Source: Macrostomum lignano
Lineage: Eukaryota
Assembly (NCBI GenBank): GCA_002269645.1
Contig: NIVC01000244.1
Coordinates: forward strand, 204,484-268,483
Direction of reading: 5' to 3'
Length of the DNA stretch: 64,000 nucleotides
Part shown: positions 37,605-50,000 of the stretch, one piece after another
How the letters are laid out: each line of letters begins with the position of its first letter
Position numbering within the stretch: position 1 is the first letter of the stretch
The notes under the pieces: generated by a model
Told to the model about the DNA's origin: nothing
The model's database searches: none
What the model saw: only the letters and a program-made list of their open reading frames with translations
Program-made: the position numbers and the translations under genes

Positions 37605-39290
37605 ACTCTAGTCTCTCACTCTAGCATGTCACTCTAGTCTCTCACCCTAGCCTCTCACTCTAGTCTGTCACTCTAGCCTCTTACTCTAGCCTAGCATGTC
37701 ACTCTAGCCTGTCACTCTAGCCTCTCACTCTAGCCTGTCACTCTAGCCTCTCACTCTAGCCTCTCACTCTAGTCTCTCACTCTAGTCTCTCACTCTAGCA
37801 TCTCACTCTAGCCTGTCACTCTAGCCTCTCACTCTAGCCTGTCACTCTAGCCTGTCACTCTAGCCTCTCACTCTAGCCTCTCACTCTAGCATGTCACTCT
37901 AGCCTCTCACTCTAGCCTATCACTCTAGCCTGTCACTCTAGCCTGTCACTCTAGCCTCTCAATCTAGTCTCTCACTCTAGCCTGTCACTCTAGCCTCTCA
38001 CTCTAGCCTGTCACTCTAGCCTGTCACTATAGCCTCTCACTCTAGCCTGTCACTCTAGCCTCTCACTCTAGCCTGTCACTCTAGCATGTCACTCTAGCCT
38101 CTCACTCTAGCCTCTCATTCTAGCCTGTCACTCTAGCCCGTCACTCTAGCCTCTTACTCTAGCCTGTCACTATAGCTTGTCACTCTAGCCTCTCACTCTA
38201 GCCTCTCAATCTAGTCTCTCACTCTAGTCTGTCACTCTAGCCTCTCACTCTAGCCTAGCATGTCACTCTAGCCTGTCACTCTAGCCTGTCACTCTAGCCT
38301 CTCAATCTAGTCTCTCACTCTAGCCTGTCACTCTAGCCTCTCACTCTAGCCTGTCACTCTAGCCTGTCACTATAGCCTCTCACTCTAGCCTGTCACTCTA
38401 GCCTCTCACTCTAGCCTGTCACTCTAGCATGTCACTCTAGCCTCTCACTCTAGCCTCTCATTCTAGCCTGTCACTCTAGCCCGTCACTCTAGCTTGTCAC
38501 TCTAGCCTCTCACTCTAGCCTGTCACTCTAGCATCTCACTCTAGCCTGTCACTCTAGCCTGTCACTCTAGCCTCTCACTCTAGCCTCTCACTCTAGCCTG
38601 TCACTCTAGCCTCTCACTCTAGCCTGTCACTATAGCTTGTCACTCTAGCCTCTCACTCTAGCCTGTCACTCTAGCATGTCACTCTAGCCTCTCACTCTAG
38701 CCTCTCAATCTAGTCTCTCACTCTAGTCTGTCACTCTAGCCTCTCACTTTAGCCTAGCATGTCACTCTAGCCTGTCACTCTAGCCTCTCACTCTAGCCTG
38801 TCACTCTAGCATCTCACTCTAGCCTGTCACTCTAGCCTCTCACTCTAGCCTCTCACTCTAGCCTCTCACTCTAGCCTGTCGTTCCAGCCTCTCACTCTAG
38901 CCTGTCACTATAGCTTGTCACTCTAGCCTCTCACTCTAGCCTGTCACTATAGCTTGTCACTCTAGCCTCTCACTCTAGCCTGTCACTCTAGCCTGTCACT
39001 CTAGCCTCTCACTCTAGCCTGTCACTATAGCTTGTCACTCTAGCCTCTCACTCTAGTCTGTCACTCTAGCCTGTCACTCTAGCCTCTCACTCTAGCCTCT
39101 CAATCTAGCCTAGCATGTCACTCTAGCCTCTCACTTTAGTCTCTAGTCTCTAGTCTGACTAGTCTGTCACTCTAGTCTGTCACTCTAGCCTGTCACTCTA
39201 GCCTGTCACTCTAGCCTCTCACTCTAGCCGGTCACTCTAGCCTGTCACTCTAGCCTGTCACTCTAGCCTGTCACTCTAGCCTCTCACTCT
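37605..39290. repeat. 13-bp minisatellite
   Basis: Unit CACTCTAGCCT(C/G)T. Confidence 0.97.
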
Positions 39291-40274
39291 TACACTACTC
39301 CCAATTATTTAAGCATTTCGCATTGCTTTATTCGTTATTCTTCTTTTTTTAATAACACTAGCTTGTCACATTGCTCCCTTGCTAAATGAGTCAGTCACTC
39401 GAGTAAGTCGGTCACTCTACTCTCCCTTTTCTCTCGGCACACAGCCACCCAATATGTCATTCTTACAATTTTTGATGACTCCCCAAATTTTTCTCTGCCA
39501 AATGCCGAAGAGATTGTACTTTTACACTGGCATCGCTTTGAATTTCTCTGCTCGTGCACAGCCCAGAAGAAATTAATCACAATTAGCTGGGAGACTGGGC
39601 GGGCTAGAAGGAATGAGTAATTACTGCCCCAAGCCACCCCCCCCCCCCTATTTCCAGATAAGCGGAATTACGATTAGCCAAAAAGAGAAGATCGCTAGTA
39701 AGCATGCCTGGTGGGCAGACTTGAAATAGATGCAACTTTTAATTTATTTAGAATTATTATTTTAATAAGATTAGCAGTAGTATGTTGCAGAAAGTTTGAT
39801 AATTAATTATTAATAATATAATAGGAACAGTGCTAACAGGGTGCTTGGAGAGGAGAGAGAGGTGAGGAAGAGAGAGATGGACAGAGAGAGAGGTGGACAT
39901 ATTCAGACAGACGATTCAATTCGAAAAAACAAAAATATGGTCTAGAAAGCGATTTCGAGTTCTGCCTCTCCATTTCCCTATCAGCTTGGACAGTCGCTCT
40001 ACTATTGTCAGCAGGCAGAGGGTTATTATTAGTAAATCGAAACTGATTAAAATCAATGACGTAATAAATGACAAGAACTGCAAGAAGCAACTCCATTTGC
40101 ATTGCAGGGTTGGGGGATGGGTTAGGAAAGCATTAGTGAATGAAGTAGTAAATTAAATAATCAATATATTAGGCTAGAGCGGAAGCAGCAAGCAGTAAAG
40201 CAGGTAAATGTCCCGGCGGAAGCATTGGGAGGCGGTTCGGAGGCAGTTCCTCTGTAAAATAGCTACTCAAAATC

Positions 40275-40720
40275 CACAGATACTAAAATAACTGGATGGG
40301 CCACTCAGGCACATATACTTAGTAAAACAGCTTTCTACTTTCAGTTCAGTAGCAAAGAAGAATACATAAGCTATTTCATAAAAATAAAGGCAGCCGAAAT
40401 GGCTTTGATAAGTTTAGAAGCCCAAGCTTGAAGGCGTAAACAGCTTGCTAATTGGTTCAGAAATAATGTACATTAGCCAGTCCACTGAAATGTACATGGT
40501 GGCTTTAGGCTGGAATTCCGAGAAAGGCAATAAAACTTGGGGTGGGGCGGGGGGTAGTGTGGAAAGGCGCAGTTGGAGGGTTTAAGCTGGGGTAAGAGCC
40601 AATAAATGAGCCTTGACTTTAAAAATAAAATAAAATGCTTCTGTTTAACTTACTACTGAACAGAAAGTAGCTTACACGCAAATGTGCTGAGTGGCCCATC
40701 CAGTTATTTTAGTATCTGTG
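40275..40720. mobile_element. MITE, 446 bp, with ~40-bp TIRs and an 8-bp TSD (hAT- or P-like)
   Basis: TIR CACAGATACTAAAATAACTGGATGGGCCACTCAG(G)CACAT at 40275-40314, inverted at 40682-40720; TSD TCAAAATC at 40267-40274 and 40721-40728; further inverted similarity internally (CTACTTTCAGTTCAGTAG vs CTACTGAACAGAAAGTAG). Confidence 0.88.
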
Positions 40721-41041
40721 TCAAAATCCAGTAACAAAAGCAGCAATTCAAAACTGTTTGCTTCCAGACTTGGAAGCCAGAGAGAAAAAAGACGACGAAG
40801 AATTGCTAGAAACAAGGAGGCTGAGAAACAGGCCGCTAGGCTAGACAGAAATGGTTTGGTAAAAATTTTTCATTAGTCTAACGGGGTAGCGGGTCTCAGA
40901 GAAGATCCACTCGCTTCCAACTCGCTGTAGCTAAAGCAATTAATTGCGAGCGGCAGACTGGCGACTTGCTGGTGAGTCACTCCTTCTCTCTTCCTCTCCT
41001 CTCTTTCACTTTTGGGATGCTTTTGTGGTTCTTCTCAAGCG

Positions 41042-44000
41042 TCAGCACGGCAGAATCTGGAGTGAGGGAAAGCAGTGTGGCTGTCAGAGAGGTTCCAGTA
41101 CCGGGTCTAGAGGTTCCAATACCGGGTCTAGAGGTTCCAGCACCGGATCTAGAGGTTCCAGTACCGGGTCTAGAGGTTCCAATACCGGGTCTAGAGGTTC
41201 CAGCACCGGATCTAGAGGTTCCAGCACAGGGTCTAGAGGTTCCAGCACCGGGTCTAGAGGTTCCATTTCTGGGTCTAGAGGTTCCAGCACCGGGTCTAGA
41301 GGTTCCATTTCTGGGTCTATAGAGGTTCCAGCACCGGATCTAGAGGTTCCAGCACAGGGTCTAGAGGTTCCAGCACCGGATCTAGAGGTTCCAGCACCGG
41401 GTCTAGAGGAACTAAACTGGGTCAAATTATATTCCCACCCTATGCAGCGGAAACAAACGGGATTAAAGTGGCAAACTTTTTACCTGCAACGAGAAGCAGG
41501 CGGTCTCTTTGGCACCGTCCGGGCCAGTCAGGTCGATCCTGTAGAGCCCGGAGTCGGTCGCGGCGGCCGCGGCGATGTTCAAGGAGTGGTCGCAGTCTGC
41601 TGACACCAGCCTCAAGCGGTCGCCATCGTTTGATAGCTGGCCAGTTGCAGTTCCGTTCTCCTTTGTCCAAGTGGCTGCATTTGATAGGGAAATTTTTTAA
41701 ATAGAGCTGTGTCCACAGTGTGATAGTTGAAATAGAGCTGTGTCCACAGTGTGATAATTGAAATAGAGCTGTGTCCACAGTGTGATAGTTGAAATAGAGC
41801 TGTGTCCACAGTGTGATAGTTGAAATAGAACTGTGTCCACAGTGTGATAATTGAAATAGAGCTGTGTCCACAGTGTGATAGTTGAAATAGAGCTGTGTCC
41901 ACAGTGTGATAATTGAAATAGAGCTGTGTCCACAGTGTGATAGTTGAAATAGAGCTGTGTCCACAGTGTGATAATTGAAATAGAGCTGTGTCCCCAGTGT
42001 GATAATTGAAATAGAGCTGTGTCCACAGTGTGATAATTGAAATAGAGCTGTGTCCACAGTGTGATAGTTGAAATAGAGCTGTGTCCACAGTGTGATAGTT
42101 GAAATAGAGCTGTGTCCACAGTGTGATAATTGAAATAGAGCTGTGTCCACAGTGTGATAGTTGAAATAGAGCTGTGTCCACAGTGTGATAATTGAAATAG
42201 AGCTGTGTCCACAGTGTGATAGTTGAAATAGAGCTGTGTCCACAGTGTGATAATTGAAATAGAGCTGTGTCCACAGTGTGATAGTTGAAATAGAGCTGTG
42301 TCCACAGTGTGATAGTTGAAATAGAGCTGTGTCCACAGTGTGATAGTTGAAATAGAGCTGTGTCCACAGTGTGATAATTGAAATAGAGCTGTGTCCACAG
42401 TGTGATAATTGAAATAGAGCTGTGTCCACAGTGTGATAGTTGAAATAGAGCTGTGTCCACAGTGTGATAGTTGAAATAGAGCTGTGTCCACAGTGTGATA
42501 GTTGAAATAGAGCTGTGTCCACAGTGTGATAATTGAAATAGAGCTGTGTCCACAGTGTGATAGTTGAAATAGAGCTGTGTCCACAGTGTGATAGTTGAAA
42601 TAGAGCTGTGTCCACAGTGTGATAGTTGAAATAGAGCTGTGTCCCCAGTGTGATAGTTGAAATAGAGCTGTGTCCACAGTGTGATAGTTGAAATAGAGCT
42701 GTGTCCACAGTGTGATAGTTGAAATAGAGCTGTGTCCACAGTGTGATAGTTGAAATAGAGCTGTGTCCACAGTGTGATAGTTGAAATAGAGCTGTGTCCA
42801 CAGTGTGATAATTGAAATAGAGCTGTGTCCACAGTGTGATAGTTGAAATAGAGCTGTGTCCACAGTGTGATAGTTGAAATAGAGCTGTGTCCCAGTGTGA
42901 TAATTGAAATAGAGCTGTGTCCACAGTGTGATAGTTGAAATAGAGCTGTGTCCACAGTGTGATAATTGAAATAGAGCTGTGTCCACAGTGTGATAATTGA
43001 AATAGAGCTGTGTCCACAGTGTGATAGTTGAAATAGAGCTGTGTCCACAGTGTGATAATTGAAATAGAGCTGTGTCCACAGTGTGATAGTTGAAATAGAG
43101 CTGTGTCCACAGTGTGATAGTTGAAATAGAGCTGTGTCCACAGTGTGATAGTTGAAATAGAACTGTGTCCACAGTGTGATAATTGAAATAGAGCTGTGTC
43201 CACAGTGTGATAGTTGAAATAGAGCTGTGTCCACAGTGTGATAATTGAAATAGAGCTGTGTCCACAGTGTGATAGTTGAAATAGAGCTGTGTCCACAGTG
43301 TGATAATTGAAATAGAGCTGTGTCCCCAGTGTGATAATTGAAATAGAGCTGTGTCCACAGTGTGATAATTGAAATAGAGCTGTGTCCACAGTGTGATAGT
43401 TGAAATAGAGCTGTGTCCACAGTGTGATAGTTGAAATAGAGCTGTGTCCACAGTGTGATAATTGAAATAGAGCTGTGTCCACAGTGTGATAGTTGAAATA
43501 GAGCTGTGTCCACAGTGTGATAGTTGAAATAGAGCTGTGTCCACAGTGTGATAGTTGAAATAGAGCTGTGTCCACAGTGTGATAATTGAAATAGAGCTGT
43601 GTCCATAGTGTGATAGTTGAAATAGAGCTGTGTCCACAGTGTGATAGTTGAAATAGAGCTGTGTCCACAGTGTGATAGTTGAAATAGAGCTGTGTCCACA
43701 GTGTGATAGTTGAAATAGAGCTGTGTCCACAGTGTGATAGTTGAAATAGAGCTGTGTCCACAGTGTGATAATTGAAATAGAGCTGTGTCCACAGTGTGAT
43801 AATTGAAATAGAGCTGTGTCCACAGTGTGATAGTTGAAATAGAGCTGTGTCCACAGTGTGATAGTTGAAATAGAGCTGTGTCCACAGTGTGATAGTTGAA
43901 AAAGAGCTGTGTCCACAGTGTGATAATTGAAATAGAGCTGTGTCCACAGTGTGATAGTTGAAATAGAGCTGTGTCCACAGTGTGATAGTTGAAATAGAGC

Positions 44001-47000
44001 TGTGTCCACAGTGTGATAGTTGAAATAGAGCTGTGTCCCCAGTGTGATAATTGAAATAGAGCTGTGTCCACAGTGTGATAATTGAAATAGAGCTGTGTCC
44101 ACAGTGTGATAGTTGAAATAGAGCTGTGTCCACAGTGTGATAGTTGAAATAGAGCTGTGTCCACAGTGTGATAGTTGAAATAGAGCTGTGTCCCAGTGTG
44201 ATAGTTGAAATAGAGCTGTGTCCACAGTGTGATAGTTGAAATAGAGCTGTGTCCACAGTGTGATAGTTGAAATAGAACTGTGTCCACAGTGTGATAGTTG
44301 AAATAGAGCTGTGTCCACAGTGTGATAGTTGAAATAGAGCTGTGTCCACAGTGTGATAGTTGAAATAGAGCTGTGTCCACAGTGTGATAGTTGAAATAGA
44401 GCTGTGTCCACAGTGTGATAGTTGAAATAGAGCTGTGTCCCCAGTGTGATAGTTGAAATAGAGCTGTGTCCACAGTGTGATAGCCAAAATAGAACTGTGT
44501 CTACGGATGGCTCGCTACTGAACAGTCAGTAGTAAAAACGCGTGTTGCAATATAGAATAATATTGGGTACCTGTCAGTCCAGGCAGCTTAGCTTTGCAGG
44601 CCACGGTGACCGCGGCGCCGGCCTGGACCGTCGCCGACTCCGGGAAAGTCTCCAGCAGCTCGGACGGAGCGTCCGGCTCGTCAGGCGGCGGGGCCACCCG
44701 AACGGAGCACTGGGCCACGGCGGCGACGGCTGAGTCAGCGGCGAGCAGTTCGGCTCGGTACTGGCCGGAGTCGTCGGGGAAAAGCGCCTCCACGGACTTC
44801 AGTAAGAATGCGCCTGATGCCGGATCCGAGACCTGTTGGCATTGGGTTGCGGTTGCACTGCCTGTCTGAACGCTTTTGTTGGAATGAAGAGTCATTGTTG
44901 GTGTCAGATAGGGGAGTCATAGTGTCATATAGAAGTTTTACCTGATTCCATATGGCATATAGGAACCTTTAGTAGTTTTAGATTTGGGTCATTCTTTGTG
45001 TCAGATGGTCATTTTTGATGTTAAATAGGCAGATACTATTAGTGTCAGATGGGGTTATAGTTGATGTCAGACAGGAGTCACTATTAGTGTCAGATGGGGT
45101 CATAGTTAGTGTCAGATAGGAGTCACTATTAATGTCAGATGGGGTTATAGTTGATGTCAGATAGGAGTCACTATTAGTGTCAGATGGGGTCATAGTTAGT
45201 GTCAGATAGGAGTCACTATTAGTGTCAGATGGAGGTCATAGTTTGTGTCAGATAGGAGTCACTATTAGTGTCAGATGAGGGTCATAGTTTGTGTCAGATA
45301 GGAGTTACTATTAGTGTCAGATGAGGGTCATAGTTCGTGTCAGATAGGAGTCACTATTAGTGTCAGATGAGGGTCATAGTTAGTGTCAGATAGGAGTCAC
45401 TATTAGTGTCAGATGGAGGTCATAGTTTGTGTCAGATAGGAGTCACTATTAGTGTCAGATGAGGGTCATAGTTTGTGTCAGATAGGAGTTACTATTAGTG
45501 TCAGATGAGGGTCATAGTTCGTGTCAGATAGGAGTCACTATTAGTGTCAGATGGCGGTCATAGTTGGCGTCAGATAGGAGTCACTATTAGTGTCAGAGGA
45601 GGGTAATAGTTTGTGTCAGATAGGAGTTACTATTAGTGTCAGAGGAGGGTAATAGTTTGTGTCAGATAGGAGTCACTATTAGTGTCAGATGGAGGTCATA
45701 GTTGGCGTCAGATAGGAGTCACTTTTGTGTCAGATGGGGGTCATAGTTTGTGTCAGATAAAAGTCATTCAAGCAGCCAGTCTCACCTGCTCAAAATCGGC
45801 CGACACCGGTTTTCCGTTCGCCGTCCACCGCACGGCCGTCACCCCGCCGGACGCTTTAAGCGCCAGCTCGAACGGCTCGCCATCTTTGACCGACAGCGAC
45901 CGCGGATGCGCGTCGATTTTCACCTGGGCCGCCTGCGCCTTCGGCGCTTCAACAGTCAGACGGCAGGAGGTCTTGGCGGAGGCGCCACTTGCCGAGCAAG
46001 TGCAGGTGTACAGGCCGGAGTCCTCCACCAGAGCGTCGGGCAGCAGGAGGCTTGACGAGGTGCCCGACGTGCGGATCTCGAGAGCGCCCTCCTCGGCCTG
46101 CGCCGGCTTGCCGTCCAGGTCCCAGGCGATGCCGATGTCATCGGCAGCGGCGTTGAAGGTGCAGCTCAGCTCGACCCGGTCGCCCTCCTTGGCTGTCAGG
46201 GCTGCTGGCAGCTTCTTTGTGACCTCAGGGGCCGCTTTGGGGGCCTCCGACGCTGATGACGTGGATATCTCCGTCTGTTTCTGCCGGGAGCTCCGCTCCG
46301 ACGCGCGGCTCACGGAGGTGGCGCTGGTCGATGAGCGCATCTCCGTGCGCGACGTTGAACTGGTCGATGTGGACTCGAACTCCAGACTGTACTTCTCCTC
46401 GACGATGGTGGAGGAACCGCCACCTGCGCCGCTGCGCTGCGATCGCGAGTAGGTCTCGCTGAGCCGGTCGACGCTCATCGACTCTTTGAAGCGGACGCCG
46501 CTGCCGCCTGAGCCAGCCGACTTGACGCGACTCTCACAGACGTCCAGCTTGCACTGGGTCTCGTCCTCGCCTTTGGCGTTCTTCACCCGGACCGAATAGC
46601 GGCCGGAGTCCTGCGTGCTGGCGGAGAAAATCTCCAGGCTGGCCACGCCGCTGACAACCTGCGGGAGAGGGCGGAGTTCAGCTCAGGGTTCAGCTCAGGG
46701 TTCAGCTCAGGGTTCAGCTCAGGGTTCAGCTCAGGGTTCAGCTCGGGGTTCAGCTCAGGGTTCAGCTCAGGGTTCAGCTCAGGGTTCAGCTCAGGGTTCA
46801 GCTCAGGGTTCAGCTCGGGGTTCAGCTCAGGGTTCAGCTCAGGGTTCAGCTCAGGGTTCAGCTCAGGGTTCAGCTCAGGGTTCAGCTCAGGGTTCAGCTC
46901 AGGGTTCAGCTCAGGGTTCAGCTCAGGGTTCAGCTCAGGGTTCAGCTCAGGGTTCAGCTCAGGGTTCAGCTCAGGGTTCAGCTCAGAGTTCAGCTCAGAG

Positions 47001-50000
47001 TTAAACTCGGGACCATAGACTGGGATTAACAATGGGATCACAGGCTGGGATAAAGGACTTTGTATAGAGCTAGCAGCTGAAAGTACCAGAACAGCAACAC
47101 GCAGCTACTAAAGTCCCAACAGTTGATAGACTGTATTCTCTCTCCCGCAGACGCACCTGCAGGTTGTAATCCTTGCCCGCGGCTGCAGCTCGCGACCGTC
47201 CTTTGTCCAGAACACCTCCGGCGGCGGCAGGCCGTCAAAGGTGCAGCTGAGCTTGACAAAGCCGCCCTCCTGAATGAAGCGATTCCGCAGCGGGAAGGTG
47301 ACCTTGGCCGGCCTGTCCGGCTCCTTCCACAGCTCGGGCAGCGGCGACGGCGACTTCCGGGGTCTTGGCGTCCTCTCGGCCGGCTCCAGGTTGTCCTTGG
47401 GGGCCATCGGCTCCACGTGCAACTTGATGGTGGCCTCCTTGCGGCCGAAGGAGTTTTCCGCTTTCACCTGGCGTGGGATTGCGAGGCTATCTTTGTCCAG
47501 AGTGGGCTATCAATGATTTCCTAAATGTCCAGAGTTGGCTATCTATGATTTCCTAAATGTCCAGAGTTGGCTATCAATGATTTCCTAAATGTCCAGAGTG
47601 GGCTATCTATGATTTCCTAAATGTCCAGAGTGGGCTATCAATGATTTCCTAAATCTTCAGAGTGGGCTATCAATGATTTCCTAAATGTCCAGAGTTGGCT
47701 ATCTATGATTTCCTAAATGTCCAGAGTTGGCTATCTATGATTTCCTAAATGTCCAGAGTTGGCTATCTATGATTTCATAAATGTCCAGAGTTGGCTATCA
47801 ATGATTTCCTAAATGTCCAGAGTTGGCTATCTATGATTTCCTAAATGTCCAGAGTTGGCTATCTATGATTTCCTAAATGTCCAGAGTGGGCTATCAATGA
47901 TTTCCTAAATGTCCAGAGTTGGCTATCTATGATTTCCTAAATGTCCAGAGTTGGCTATCTATGATTTCCTAAATGTCCAGAGTTGGCTATCTATGATTTC
48001 CTAAATGTCCAGAGTTGGCTATCTATGATTTCCTAAATGTCCAGAGTTGGCTATCTATGATTTCCTAAATGTCCAGAGTTGGCTATCAATGATTTCCTAA
48101 ATGTCCAGAGTTGGCTATCTATGATTTCCTAAATGTCCAGAGTTGGCTATCTATGATTTCCTAAATGTCCAGAGTTGGCTATCTATGATTTCCTAAATGT
48201 CCAGAGTTGGCTATCTATGATTTCCTAAATGTCCAGAGTGGGCTATCTATGATTTCCTAAATGTCCAGAGTTGGCTATCTATAATTTCCTAAATGTCCAG
48301 AGTGGGCTATCTATGATTTCCTAAATGTCCAGAGTTGGCTATCTATGATTTCCTAAATCTTCAGAGTGGGCTATCAATGATTTCCTAAATCTTCAGAGTG
48401 GGCTATCAATGATTTCCTAAATCTTCAGAGTTGGCTATCAATGATTTCCTAAATGTCCAGAGTTGGCTATCAATGATTTCCTAAATGTCCAGAGTTGGCT
48501 ATCTATGATTTCCTAAATGTCCAGAGTTGGCTATCTATGATTTCCTAAATGTCCAGAGTTGGCTATCTATGATTTCCTAAATGTCCAGAGTGGGCTATCT
48601 ATGATTTCCTAAATGTCCAGAGTTGGCTATCTATGATTTCCTAAATGTCCAGAGTTGGCTATCTATGATTTCCTAAATCTTCAGAGTGGGCTATCAATGA
48701 TTTCCTAAATCTTCAGAGTGGGCTATCAATGATTTCCTAAATCTTCAGAGTTGGCTATCAATGATTTCCTAAATGTCCAGAGTTGGCTATCAATGATTTC
48801 CTAAATGTCCAGAGTTGGCTATCTATGATTTCCTAAATGTCCAGAGTTGGCTATCTATGGTTTCCTAAATGTCCAGAGTTGGCTATCTATGGTTTCCTAA
48901 ATGTCCAGAGTTGGCTATCTATGATTTCCTAAATGTCCAGAGTTGGCTATCAATGATTTCCTAAATGTCCAGAGTTGGCTATCTATGATTTCCTAAATGT
49001 CCAGAGTGGGCTATCTATGATTTCCTAAATGTCCAGAGTGGGCTATCAATGATTTCCTAAATGTCCAGAGTTGGCTATCTATGATTTCCTAAATGTCCAG
49101 AGTTGGCTATCTATGATTTCCTAAATGTCCAGAGTTGGCTATCTATGATTTCCTAAATGTCCAGAGTTGGCTATCTATGATTTCCTAAATGTCCAGAGTT
49201 GGCTATCAATGATTTCCTAAATGTCCAGAGTTGGCTATCTATGATTTCCTAAATGTCCAGAGTTGGCTATCTATGATTTCCTAAATGTCCAGAGTTGGCT
49301 ATCTATGATTTCCTAAATGTCCAGAGTTGGCTATCTATGATTTCCTAAATGTCCAGAGTGGGCTATCTATGATTTCCTAAATGTCCAGAGTTGGCTATCT
49401 ATAATTTCCTAAATGTCCAGAGTGGGCTATCTATGATTTCCTAAATGTCCAGAGTTGGCTATCTATGATTTCCTAAATCTTCAGAGTGGGCTATCAATGA
49501 TTTCCTAAATCTTCAGAGTGGGCTATCAATGATTTCCTAAATCTTCAGAGTGGGCTATCAATGATTTCCTAAATGTCCAGAGTTGACTATCAATGATTTC
49601 CTAAATGTCCAGAGTTGGCTATCTATGATTTCCTAAATGTCCAGAGTTGGCTATCTATGATTTCCTAAATGTCCAGAGTGGGCTATCTATGATTTCCTAA
49701 ATGTCCAGAGTGGGCTATCTATGATTTCCTAAATGTCCAGAGTTGGCTATCTATGATTTCCTAAATGTCCAGAGTGGGCTATCTATGATTTCCTAAATCT
49801 TCAGAGTGGGCTATCAATGATTTCCTAAATCTTCAGAGTGGGCTATCAATGATTTCCTAAATCTTCAGAGTTGGCTATCAATGATTTCCTAAATGTCCAG
49901 AGTTGGCTATCAATGATTTCCTAAATGTCCAGAGTTGGCTATCTATGATTTCCTAAATGTCCAGAGTTGGCTATCTATGGTTTCCTAAATGTCCAGAGTT

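Noticed and set aside
39833-40102. ORF MQMELLLAVLVIYYVIDF... as a secreted peptide
   Set aside because: No splice model or recognisable family, and it runs into a GA-rich tract; could be a repeat fragment, but unsupported.
41700-44485. CACAGTG (RSS heptamer) in every 31-bp unit
   Set aside because: No ACAAAAACC-like nonamer at 12 or 23 nt; most likely coincidental.
41440-44487. 900-1015-aa ORFs in all three minus frames
   Set aside because: Translations of a 31-bp stop-free satellite inside a twitchin intron; the same peptide appears in all frames.
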